Shown here: one piece after another, positions 51,884 through 61,187 of the stretch
Layout of the letters: every line of letters begins with the position of its first letter
How positions within the stretch are numbered: the stretch's first letter is position 1
Assembly: GCA_963841435.1 (NCBI GenBank)
Contig: CAWJCS010000003.1
Location: 1,280,001-1,344,000, forward strand
DNA length: 64,000 nucleotides
Reading direction: 5' to 3'
Source: an uncultured delta proteobacterium
GTDB taxonomy: Bacteria; Myxococcota_A; Polyangia; Polyangiales; Polyangiaceae
The notes under the pieces: model-generated
The model's database searches: none
The model's input: the letters and a program-made list of their open reading frames with translations, nothing else
Told to the model about the DNA's origin: nothing
Made by a program: the position numbers and the translations under genes

Positions 51884-53644
51884 ATGCGAACGTCACGCGC
51901 CACCCTGTCTCTCGTCCGCTCCCTCTTGCTCGGCTCGAGCCTGACCACGGCGGTGCTCGTCACCCCCGTGCTCGTCGGCTGCAAAGACGAGAGCCAACCG
52001 GAGTACTGGGTCGACAAGCTCGACGACGCCACGTGGCGCGCCCGCGCCGTGACCCGCCTGGCGCAGTTCTTCGAGGACACGCTCACCCGCAAGAACAACG
52101 ACCTGAAGGCTCCCGAGGTGCAGGAGCTCATCAACAAGACGATCGAGCCGCTCACCAAGCTCTACACCGAGCAGTACGACAACATCGACTCGAAGACGCG
52201 CGTTGCGCTCATCAAGCTGCTCGCCGACTACCGTGACAAGCGCACGGAGCCCGCGCTCAAGAAGGCTTTCGAAGCGTTCGCAAAGCTCCCGAAAACCAGC
52301 CGAGACGAAACCGACATCAAATGGGCGGCTCGGGCCAACGAGGACCTCAAGCTCGAAGGCCTGGCGATGCCCATGCTCGAGGCGTTCATGAAGCTCCGCA
52401 CGAGCACGATGCTGGGCGGCGTCGCGTACCGCGACATGACCGAAGCCATGATCGCCCAGCCTCCCAACAAGGCGTGGGTCGGCCCGCTCATCAAGATGAT
52501 CGAGGTCCAGGTAACGCCGCCGAACGACAAGGACAAAACGTCGTTCGACGAATGGAAGGACCAGATCGTCTGGCAGGACACCGCCTCCAAGGTGCTCGGC
52601 AAGATCGGTGACGCGAGGGCAGTCGAACCGCTCATTCGCGCAATGCTCGACCCGACCAAGGGCATGAAGGAGTTTACGACCGTGCAGATCACGAGCGTGC
52701 TCGCGCTCGTGAAGATCGGAAAGCCCGCCGCCGATGCAGCCGGCAAGCTTCTGAAGAGCGACTACGAGAAGCTCCAGACCTTCCAACTCAGGCGCATCCG
52801 CGAGGTCACCGGGTCCGACGAGAAGGGTCGGCCGTGGGTGCAGACCGCCGCCATCATTCTCGGCACCATCGGTCGCCAGGACTCGATCCCGACGATGCTC
52901 GAGGCGCTCAAGGACGAGAAGGACGACTCGACGAAGGCCATCATCGCGCGCGAGCTCACGAAGATCCCGGCGACGCCCGCTTCGCTTGCGGGCTTCAAGG
53001 AAGCCTTCGAATCGCTGCCACTCAGCGCCGAGGTCCAAGGCGCCGGTGCGGTCGAAGCCCTCAGCGAGGCGGCGGGTCGCTTCGCCGACGCCGAGCTCGT
53101 ACCCTGGCTGCTCGAGGCGGCCGGCAAGCTGAAGGGTGACGCGGACGACCGTAAGGCCGCGCAGGCCGCCATCACGGTGACAGCGCTGAAGCTCTGCACG
53201 CCGGACCAGCTCGCCGACGTGCGTGGCGCCGTGAGCCGCTACGGCACGGATCTCGAAAAGGAGCTCTTGAAGAGCGTCGAGACGGTGCTCGGAGCCTGCA
53301 AGGTGGACGTGAGCTGTTACCTCGGAGTGATGCAGAAGCCCGAGGTGCAGAAGGTCGAAAATCAATTCCAGGGCATCAAGGCGGGCTACATGATCGCGGA
53401 GCTCGGCGACGAGCAGGCACGCGACAAGCTCGTCGTGGCCCTCGAGGGCAACATTCCGAACGCGGGCCTGCGCTACGTCGCGTCGCAGGCCATCGACCGG
53501 CTCTCGCCCAAGGGCTCGAAGTCCGCTGCCGAGAAGCTCGACGCGATCATCACCACCAACGCGAAGAGCCCCGACCGCGACAAGGCGGCCGGCGACTCGA
53601 GCCTGAAGGAAGTGATGTACCGGCTGAACGCGCGCGGCGGCTGA
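51884..53644 (+). CDS. HEAT-repeat lipoprotein
   Basis: Lipobox VLVGC; HEAT-like LGKIGDARAVEPLI, LGTIGRQDSIPTML; TTGACA-N18-TACCGT upstream. Confidence 0.75.
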   Translation: MRTSRATLSLVRSLLLGSSLTTAVLVTPVLVGCKDESQPEYWVDKLDDATWRARAVTRLAQFFEDTLTRKNNDLKAPEVQELINKTIEPLTKLYTEQYDNIDSKTRVALIKLLADYRDKRTEPALKKAFEAFAKLPKTSRDETDIKWAARANEDLKLEGLAMPMLEAFMKLRTSTMLGGVAYRDMTEAMIAQPPNKAWVGPLIKMIEVQVTPPNDKDKTSFDEWKDQIVWQDTASKVLGKIGDARAVEPLIRAMLDPTKGMKEFTTVQITSVLALVKIGKPAADAAGKLLKSDYEKLQTFQLRRIREVTGSDEKGRPWVQTAAIILGTIGRQDSIPTMLEALKDEKDDSTKAIIARELTKIPATPASLAGFKEAFESLPLSAEVQGAGAVEALSEAAGRFADAELVPWLLEAAGKLKGDADDRKAAQAAITVTALKLCTPDQLADVRGAVSRYGTDLEKELLKSVETVLGACKVDVSCYLGVMQKPEVQKVENQFQGIKAGYMIAELGDEQARDKLVVALEGNIPNAGLRYVASQAIDRLSPKGSKSAAEKLDAIITTNAKSPDRDKAAGDSSLKEVMYRLNARGG

Positions 53645-53655
53645 GACCCGCCCTG

Positions 53656-55587
53656 ATGGCGCGCATCGCGATCGAGATCCTGTCGGGCAACGAGGCGGGA
53701 CGGGTCGCGGAGCTCGACGCCGACTCCGTGCGCATCGGCCGCGGTGGGCAGGACGACTTCGTCCTCACCGACGAGCTCGTCTCGACCGGGCACGCCCGCA
53801 TCGTCGCGGGCGTCGAGGGCTTTCTCGTCGAGGATCTCGAGAGCGACGGGGGCACGACGCTCGAGCGCGATGGCACCACGAGCGCCGTAGTCGGGCTCGT
53901 GCCGCTCCACTCGGGTGACGTCCTATCGCTCGGCACCGACCCCGCGCGGGCGGTTCGGCTGAGGGTGCGGTTCGAGCCCGAGCCCGAGCCCGAGCAGATC
54001 GTCGAGCTCAGACCGCTCGGCGAGCTCGGGAGGCAGCTCGGGGCGCCCGACGAAGCCGCGGATCGCCTGCGGGCGCTGCTCTCGGCCCAGCGCGCGCTCG
54101 GAGCGAGCCTTGGGCTCGACAGCGTGGTCACCGTGCTAGCCGACGCGGCGCTCGAGCTCGTGCCACGCGCCACGCACGCCACGGTGTCGCTCTGCGAGAA
54201 CCCGAACGCCGGACGCGACGCGCCGCTCGTGACGGTCGTCACGCGCCTCCGCGGCGCGGACGGCAAGCCCACGGCGCCTTCCGGCACCGTTCCCGCGACG
54301 CGCAGCGTGGCGCGCAAGGTCGTACGCGAGCGCGCCGCCGTGCTGGCTGCCGATGCTCCGAGCGAGTCGTTCAGCTCGGAGTCGCTCCTCGGGGCCAGCA
54401 TCCGCAGCACTATCGGCGTGCCACTCTGGAAGGGCAACGAGATCCTCGGTGTGCTGCAGGTCGACAACCGCGCCGCCCCGGCCATGTTCGCCGCGCGCGA
54501 CGTCGATGCGCTCGGCGTGCTTGCGGCCGACGCCTCGCTCGCCGTCGCGAATGCGCGCCTCATTGCGCGGCTCGAGCTCGCCGAGCAGCGCCTCCAGGGC
54601 GAAAATCAGTTCCTGAAGGGCCGCGAACGGGCGCGTGCAGGTCGGGCGCGACTCGTGGGCGAGAGCAAGGCGATGAGCGAGCTGTTGCGACAGCTCGACA
54701 AGGTGGCGGACACGAAGGTCACGGTGCTCATCGAGGGTGAGACGGGCAGCGGCAAAGAGCTCGTGGCGTCCGCGCTCCACGAGCGCTCGCGACGCCGCGA
54801 CAAGCTCTTCGTGGCCCAAAACTGCGCGGCTTTCCCCGAGCAGCTACTCGAGAGCGAGCTTTTCGGCCACAAGCGCGGAGCCTTCACGGGTGCCGGCGAA
54901 GACCGTAAAGGCCTCTTCGAAGTGGCCGACGGCGGCACGCTGTTCCTCGACGAGATTGGCGAGATGCCGCTCGGCTTGCAGGCAAAGCTGCTTCGAGTGC
55001 TGCAGGAAGGCGAAATCCGACCGCTCGGCTCGAATCAGGTCAGGCAGGTCAACGTGCGCATCGTGACGGCGACCAATCGCACGCTCGAAGACGAGGTTGC
55101 CGCGGGGCGCTTCCGTCAGGACCTCTTTTATCGCCTGAAGGTATTCCCGATCCGCGTGCCTTCGCTACGCGAGCGCCGCGAGGACATTCCCACCCTCGCT
55201 GCGCACTTTCTCGGGCGCTACTCGAAGGAGATCGGCAAGTCGGTCGCTGGGTTTTCGGCGGAAACGCTCACGCTACTCAAGAGCTACGGCTGGCCGGGCA
55301 ACGTGCGCGAGCTCGAGAACGAGGTGCAGCGTCTGGTGATCCAGGTCGAGCCCGGAGCGTTCGTCACGCCCGATTTGTTGAGCCCGGCGGTCGCGGGCGG
55401 CACGCTGGCTCAGCCCGCGGTGGCGAGCGCGAGCGGCACGCTCAGGGATCGCGTGGACCAGGTCGAGCGTGTGATCGTGCTCGAGGTGCTAAAGGAGCAC
55501 GGCAACAACAAGACGAGCGCCGCGCGCGCGCTCGGCATCACGCGCGAAGGCTTGCACAAGAAGATGAAGCTACTCGGGATCGCCTGA
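53656..55587 (+). CDS. FHA-GAF sigma54-dependent transcriptional activator
   Basis: FHA (IGRG...VSTGHA), GAF, GETGSGKE, GAFTGA, LFLDEIGE, WPGNVREL, C-terminal HTH. Confidence 0.92.
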   Translation: MARIAIEILSGNEAGRVAELDADSVRIGRGGQDDFVLTDELVSTGHARIVAGVEGFLVEDLESDGGTTLERDGTTSAVVGLVPLHSGDVLSLGTDPARAVRLRVRFEPEPEPEQIVELRPLGELGRQLGAPDEAADRLRALLSAQRALGASLGLDSVVTVLADAALELVPRATHATVSLCENPNAGRDAPLVTVVTRLRGADGKPTAPSGTVPATRSVARKVVRERAAVLAADAPSESFSSESLLGASIRSTIGVPLWKGNEILGVLQVDNRAAPAMFAARDVDALGVLAADASLAVANARLIARLELAEQRLQGENQFLKGRERARAGRARLVGESKAMSELLRQLDKVADTKVTVLIEGETGSGKELVASALHERSRRRDKLFVAQNCAAFPEQLLESELFGHKRGAFTGAGEDRKGLFEVADGGTLFLDEIGEMPLGLQAKLLRVLQEGEIRPLGSNQVRQVNVRIVTATNRTLEDEVAAGRFRQDLFYRLKVFPIRVPSLRERREDIPTLAAHFLGRYSKEIGKSVAGFSAETLTLLKSYGWPGNVRELENEVQRLVIQVEPGAFVTPDLLSPAVAGGTLAQPAVASASGTLRDRVDQVERVIVLEVLKEHGNNKTSAARALGITREGLHKKMKLLGIA

Positions 55588-55608
55588 GCCGCGGCGTCCG
55601 CGGCGTTG

Positions 55609-58600
55609 CTATTGGATGCCGTACTCGCGCAGGCGACGATAAAACGTGCGCCGCGGAATGCCGCTCACCTCGGCGGCGCGCACGCGATTCCAGTTGCAGC
55701 GCTTCAGGGCGTCGAGGATGCGCTCGCGCTCCTCGCGGCGGTGCTCCGACACGGTCCCCTTGCGCGCTTGAGCGGCCCCAGGCTCGGGCTTCTGGCCGGC
55801 GTTCCCGGCCACCGGAGCGACCGGCTCCGAGCGCGACACCCAGCCGTCGGGCAGCTCGAGCTCGTCGGCTAGCAGCTCCGGCTCCTCGCTCATGACCCAC
55901 GCGTTGAGAAGCACGTTCTCGAGCTGCCGCACGTTGCCGGGCCAGTCGTATTCGCCGAGGCGGCGCATGGCGTCGCGCGACAGCGCCTTCTTGTCGCGCC
56001 GGTAGCGCGCCGCGAAAATCCCCAGAAAGTGATCGACGAGCTGGGGGATGTCCTCGAGGCGCTCGCGCAGCGAGGGCAGCCGCACCTCGACGACGTGGAT
56101 GCGATAGTAGAGGTCCTCGCGAAAGCTGCCGCTCTGGACGAGCTCGTTCAGATCGCGATTCGTGGCGAAGATCACGCGCGTGTCCACCGGCTCCTCGCGC
56201 GTGCCGCCGACGGATCGAACCGTGCGCTCCTGCAGCACGCGGAGCAGCCCCGCCTGCATCTTCTTGGGCGTCTCGCCGATCTCGTCGAGCAGAATCGTGC
56301 CGCCCTCGCACTCGCGGAACAGGCCCTTGCGCTCGCGGTCTGCTCCCGTGAAAGCGCCGCGCACGTGCCCGAAGAGCTCGCTCTCGAGCAGATTTTCCGG
56401 GATGGCGCCGCAGTTGACGCCGAGAAACTTCGCCGCGGCGCGGGGGGACGAGGTGTGGATGGCGCGTGCCACCATTTCCTTGCCGGTGCCGCTCTCACCC
56501 GTGATGAGAACGGGCACGTCGGTCTCCTTGAGACGGTCGATGAGGGCGTACACGCGACGCATCGCCGCGCTCGTGCCGACGAGACCCCGATAGCCGAAGT
56601 GCCCGTAGAGCGTGTCCCGGGCGTCGCGCAGGCGACGTCGCGTGCGGCGCAGCTGCTCGGTCCGATCGCCGAGCGTCTCCTCGAGCCTTTGCCGCGCCTC
56701 TTCGAGGCTCGCGTTTGCAACCTCGAGTGCCTCGGCTCGCTCGCGGTTCTCGCGAATCAGCCGCGCGTTCTCCAGCGCAATCGCGACTTGATCGGCGAAG
56801 GCGCGCAGCGTCCCGAGCTCGCGCTCGAAATGCGAGCCACGGCGCAGACGTGTCTCGACGTACAGGGCGCCGATGGCACCGCCCGAAGGGGCCAGGATGG
56901 GGACGCACGCCACCGACTCCAGCATCATCTGGTGCACGGATGCGTAGGCGCCCACCTGCGCATCGTCGCGGGCGTTCACGGCCACGACCGCCTCGCGCGT
57001 CTCGATCACGCGATGCGCGATGGAGCGGGAAAATTCGGCATGCGCTTCGTCGCCCCGGCGCGTACGCGAGGTGTGCACCGTGAGCGAGCCGTCGGGCTGG
57101 CTGAGCAGCACGAAGCCCCGCTCCGCGCGCGCGAGGTCGACGGCGTGATCGGTGACGCGCGCCGTCAGTTTCTCCAGGTCGAGCTCGCCCACGAGGTCGC
57201 TATTCACCTCGAGGATGCGCGCCAGGCGCTGCTCGAGCGGCGTCACGAGCTGAGACACCGTGCCGAGCCCCGTCAAGGTCGTCGCCGAGCGTACGGTCTG
57301 CACGGGAGCGCGCGTTCCTGGCCCGCTCCACGACACGAGCTCGGTCGCTGCCACGGCGGCCGCTCCCGGCACCTCGGCGCGGAGCTTCTTGCGTCTCGGG
57401 TCGTTCCAGTACACCTCGCGCAAATCGCGGGGCAGCCGAGCGCCAATCCCCTCGAGCACGGCGAGCGCCTCCTCGCGGTCGCGGCGCGCGAGCAGCGGTT
57501 GTCCGCCGAGCTCCTCGAGCTCGGCGCGCGCCTCGAGCGCCCGCCAGATCCAGTCCTTTTGCCCTGCCTCGCGGGCCGCGGCGATGGCGGCGTCGAAGCC
57601 CTCGCGCGCTCCCACCTCGTCGCCTGCGAGGTCGGCGACACGAGCGGTCGCGAGCAGGAAGAGCGGCTTGTGCGCGGGCGCCTCGCCGAGCGCCGCGCGC
57701 GCCTTGGTGAGCCGCTTTCGCTGTGCCGCGAGGTCCGGCGAGCCGCTGCGGGCCGACGCGAGCAGCGCTTCGAAGCGCGCCTCGGCGGCATCGACGCCGT
57801 GACCGATGCTCTCGAACGCGTCCGCGCACTGGTCGAACAGCTCGGCCGCCCTGCCGAGCTGACCCTGCTGCGCGAGGAGCTCCGCCTGCCGGCCGAGCAG
57901 CTGGGGCTTCATCATGGCGGGCAGCTCGTGCTTCTGCTCCTCGAGCGCTTCGATGCTCGCACGCGCCCGTGCGAGTCGTCCGAGGTAAAGGTCCGTGTTG
58001 GCGAGATTGAGAAGGGCTTGGCGCACCGTGGCGCGCCGGCCCGAGCGACGCCCCATGTCGACGGCGGCCGCGTACGAATCGATCGCTCCGGCCATGTCGC
58101 CCTGGATTTTGAGCAAGCCGGCGAGATTGAGCTGCACCGCTGCGAGCGTTCCGGCATCCCCCGCGCGCTCTGCGGCCTCGATGGCGCGCTGGTACGCCGC
58201 GCGCGCCGGGTCGCCCTGATCGGCGCGCTGCAGCGAAAGGCCGAGGCAGGCGAGCACGAGTGCCTCGACCCTGGGCGACCGTAGGCGCTCGGCAAGCAGA
58301 AGGGAGTGCTCGAGACGCGCGCGGGCCTCGTCGTGCCTCCCGAGCAGCGACAACGCGAGCCCGACGTAGGCTGCCGCTTCGGCGCCCACGAGGTCGTCGG
58401 CGCCGGCGAGGGGCTCGAGCAGCGCGAGTGCCTCCGGGTAGCTGCCGGTGCCCACTTGCGCGCGGCCGAGGTAGAGCGCGTGCCGGCGCCGGTCGTCCTC
58501 GCTCGAGGACTCGAGGGCCGCAGCCACCCGCTCGAGCTCCGCCCGAGCGTGCGCGGCCTCGCCCCAGCCGAGCTCGAGGCGTGCCCGTGCGATGCCGACG

Positions 58601-60057
58601 GCGACGCGTTCGTCGCCCGTCAGGAGCTCGAGCGCGGCCCTTGCGTCATTGAAGCGACCACGATCCAGGAAGTAGCTCGCGCGCAGGAGCGCGTCGTCCG
58701 GCACGGTCACGCGCACGGCGGAGGCCCCTAGCTTTTCCTCGATATCCTCGGCCGAAGCGACGGCGTCCGCGGCAATGAGGCGCACGAGACGCCTGAGCTC
58801 GCCGGGCCGTCCCCCCGAAAGCTCCACGACGCGCCGGAGCAGCTTGTCGGTGAGCGAAGGCACGACGCGCCGGACGAGCTCCATGGCGGCGCGTTCGTCG
58901 AGGGGCGGCACCGCGAAGTCTCGCGCGCCTTCCTGAAACCGTGTGCCGCCGACGAGCACGAGGCGTGCCCCCGCCTCCCGGGCGCGGGCGAGCCGCTCGA
59001 CGCTCTCGGCGTCGAGCGCGTCCGAGTCGTCAACGAGCACCACAACGTCGCGCAGCGCGGGATGCGCCTCGAGCTCGGCCTGCAGCGACAGCGCCGAGCT
59101 CGGATCGTCGACGGACGCGAGCGCGCGACCTTCGGCACCGAGCGACCACGCGAGCCGGCGCACGAGCGCGCTCCGCCCCGACGACGGTGGCCCCTGAATC
59201 CTGAGGACGCCGCCCTCGGGGAGCGCGAGGACGGCGTCCAAGAGCTGCGCCGACGTGGCGTCGATGCCCACGATCGGCCAGAGCGCTACGTCGCCGAGCG
59301 CCGCGGCGGGCTGCTGCGGCAGACCCGAGGCCCGGCGCACGGCGATGGCAACCTCGTCAACCGATGGGTAGCGGTCGTCGGGGCTCGGCGCCGTTGCCCG
59401 GGCCACGACGGCCGCGAGCTCGCGCGCGACGAGCGGCGCCCGCTGCGCGGCGCGCGTCGCCTCGAGGATTTCCCCGAGCGTCACGCCGAGGGCGTAGACT
59501 TCGGCGCGGACCGTGAGCGGGCGACCCTCGAAGAGCTCGGGAGCGGCGTAGCGGGGCGTGAGACCTTCCGCCGTCGTGCCGCCTTCGCGCCAGGGCGCGG
59601 CGAGGCCGAGGTCGACGAAGGTGACGCGACCGTCCGCCTCGACGATGACGTTCGCCGGCTTCACGTCGCCATGGAGCAGGCCCGCCCGGTGCACGAGCGT
59701 GAGCTGATCTGCCGCACGCGTCAGCGCGGAGAGCAGCGCCTCGAGCGACGAGCCGTCGCGCACGAGCTCCTCGAGGCTCTTGCCCTCGACGAGCTCACGC
59801 AGGAGGTAGGCGCGCCCAGACGCCGCGAGCCGGCCGAACCTGAGCACGCGCGGCACGCCGAGCCCTTCGAGACCCGACAGCGCCACGGCTTCGCGCACGA
59901 GGGCGGCGAGCTCGCGCGGGCCTGCCGAGCCCGCGAGCAGCTTGAGTGCGTAGCTCCTTCTCGTGAAGCGATCGCGGACCGACCAAACTTCCCCGCCCCC
60001 GCCCTGCCCGAGGCGCGTGAGCGGCTCGTAGCGCGACGGAAGCTCGGTGTCGCTCAC
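55609..60057 (-). CDS. Ser/Thr kinase - TPR - GAF - sigma54 activator fusion
   Basis: LGQGGGGEV, HGDVKPAN, DLGL, YAAPE; TPR region; GESGTGKE, GAFTGA, LLDEIGE, WPGNVRQL, HTH. Confidence 0.92.
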   Translation of the reverse strand: MSDTELPSRYEPLTRLGQGGGGEVWSVRDRFTRRSYALKLLAGSAGPRELAALVREAVALSGLEGLGVPRVLRFGRLAASGRAYLLRELVEGKSLEELVRDGSSLEALLSALTRAADQLTLVHRAGLLHGDVKPANVIVEADGRVTFVDLGLAAPWREGGTTAEGLTPRYAAPELFEGRPLTVRAEVYALGVTLGEILEATRAAQRAPLVARELAAVVARATAPSPDDRYPSVDEVAIAVRRASGLPQQPAAALGDVALWPIVGIDATSAQLLDAVLALPEGGVLRIQGPPSSGRSALVRRLAWSLGAEGRALASVDDPSSALSLQAELEAHPALRDVVVLVDDSDALDAESVERLARAREAGARLVLVGGTRFQEGARDFAVPPLDERAAMELVRRVVPSLTDKLLRRVVELSGGRPGELRRLVRLIAADAVASAEDIEEKLGASAVRVTVPDDALLRASYFLDRGRFNDARAALELLTGDERVAVGIARARLELGWGEAAHARAELERVAAALESSSEDDRRRHALYLGRAQVGTGSYPEALALLEPLAGADDLVGAEAAAYVGLALSLLGRHDEARARLEHSLLLAERLRSPRVEALVLACLGLSLQRADQGDPARAAYQRAIEAAERAGDAGTLAAVQLNLAGLLKIQGDMAGAIDSYAAAVDMGRRSGRRATVRQALLNLANTDLYLGRLARARASIEALEEQKHELPAMMKPQLLGRQAELLAQQGQLGRAAELFDQCADAFESIGHGVDAAEARFEALLASARSGSPDLAAQRKRLTKARAALGEAPAHKPLFLLATARVADLAGDEVGAREGFDAAIAAAREAGQKDWIWRALEARAELEELGGQPLLARRDREEALAVLEGIGARLPRDLREVYWNDPRRKKLRAEVPGAAAVAATELVSWSGPGTRAPVQTVRSATTLTGLGTVSQLVTPLEQRLARILEVNSDLVGELDLEKLTARVTDHAVDLARAERGFVLLSQPDGSLTVHTSRTRRGDEAHAEFSRSIAHRVIETREAVVAVNARDDAQVGAYASVHQMMLESVACVPILAPSGGAIGALYVETRLRRGSHFERELGTLRAFADQVAIALENARLIRENRERAEALEVANASLEEARQRLEETLGDRTEQLRRTRRRLRDARDTLYGHFGYRGLVGTSAAMRRVYALIDRLKETDVPVLITGESGTGKEMVARAIHTSSPRAAAKFLGVNCGAIPENLLESELFGHVRGAFTGADRERKGLFRECEGGTILLDEIGETPKKMQAGLLRVLQERTVRSVGGTREEPVDTRVIFATNRDLNELVQSGSFREDLYYRIHVVEVRLPSLRERLEDIPQLVDHFLGIFAARYRRDKKALSRDAMRRLGEYDWPGNVRQLENVLLNAWVMSEEPELLADELELPDGWVSRSEPVAPVAGNAGQKPEPGAAQARKGTVSEHRREERERILDALKRCNWNRVRAAEVSGIPRRTFYRRLREYGIQ

Positions 60058-60070
60058 GGCCGCGCTGTTC

Positions 60071-61018
60071 TCACAGGCCGTAGTCCGCGCCCAGCCCGAA
60101 GAACACCTGGCCGATACCGATACCGAAATCCAATCGTCCTACGAAGCGGCGATGGGGCTTGAAGCGAAGGCCCATCTGGAGCGCGAGCCACGGCATGATG
60201 ATCGGCTTGTTGCCGCCGTCGGCCCAGCTCGGCTCTTGGTAGTCACCGAAGTGCTGCTTGTCGCCGTGCTTGGGATCGGGGGCGCAGTAGTTCGGGTCGG
60301 GATTGCTCGGCCCGTTGCAGAGCGTCCAGGCGCCGTTGGGGCCGCGGTAGGCCTGCGCGCGGTAAAGCGCTCCCCACACGAATCCGAGCCCGGCGCTCCC
60401 ACCGTAGAGCAGACTTACCTGGGGGCTGAACTCCTTGCCCCACAAAAAGTCGGCCGTGAAATAGAGCACCTTGATGTGGCTCTCGACGAGCTCCATCGCC
60501 TCCGGGGGATTGGACGGCGCTTTGAACGGCGTCCGATCCATCGGGTAGGCGGTGTAGGTGATGGCAAAGTCGTATTCGAAGCCGTCCCGGCGGATGGTAA
60601 ACTCCGGGCCAATCGACGGGCCGAGCACGGTCTTGCCACCGTCGCCGAACGCTTCGATGATGAAGCTCGGGATCACGACAGCGCGCCCGCGGAGCCCCGC
60701 GAAGTAGTAGCTCTTGCCCTTCTTCTCGACCGGTGAGCCGTCCTCGCTGCCGCCGGACGATGCCTCGGACGCCTCGTCCTCGCCCTGGTCGCTCGCTTCC
60801 TTCGCCCCCTCCTCGGCGGGCTTGTCCTCCGCGGCCTCCGCGGAATCGCCCTCGGCGGGCTCGTCCTTTTTTTCGGAGCCCTCGTCGAGACTCACGTCTT
60901 CGGCCGCCGCCTCCTTTTCGGGCTCCGCCTTTTTTTCCTTGGCGAAAGCCAGGGATGGGGCGCCGAGCGCAAGCGACAGAATGAAAAGGAGCGGAAGAGA
61001 ACGAAAGGGGTGCGACAT
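60071..61018 (-). CDS. Secreted / putative outer-membrane beta-barrel protein with acidic linker
   Basis: Signal peptide ending ...PSLAFA; acidic low-complexity segment; amphipathic strands ending FFGLGADYGL. Confidence 0.65.
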   Translation of the reverse strand: MSHPFRSLPLLFILSLALGAPSLAFAKEKKAEPEKEAAAEDVSLDEGSEKKDEPAEGDSAEAAEDKPAEEGAKEASDQGEDEASEASSGGSEDGSPVEKKGKSYYFAGLRGRAVVIPSFIIEAFGDGGKTVLGPSIGPEFTIRRDGFEYDFAITYTAYPMDRTPFKAPSNPPEAMELVESHIKVLYFTADFLWGKEFSPQVSLLYGGSAGLGFVWGALYRAQAYRGPNGAWTLCNGPSNPDPNYCAPDPKHGDKQHFGDYQEPSWADGGNKPIIMPWLALQMGLRFKPHRRFVGRLDFGIGIGQVFFGLGADYGL

Positions 61019-61110
61019 GGCCTTTAGGTACCCGCTGCCCCGCGGGCGCCGGCATCGTGCCACGCCTGTGTGCCACGCCGCAAAGATGTTCGCATTTGTC
61101 TGTATTGAAT

Positions 61111-61126
61111 AGCTATTTTCGTGCCA
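61111..61126 (-). promoter_or_regulatory. Putative sigma54 (-24/-12) promoter
   Basis: Minus strand TGGCACGAAAATAGCT versus consensus TGGCAC-N5-TTGCW, with correct GG-GC spacing. Confidence 0.5.
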
Positions 61127-61187
61127 GTCCGTGGCACAGCGGCCGACTTGACCCCAAACTCAATGGCGGATATCGGGGTAAGATTCC

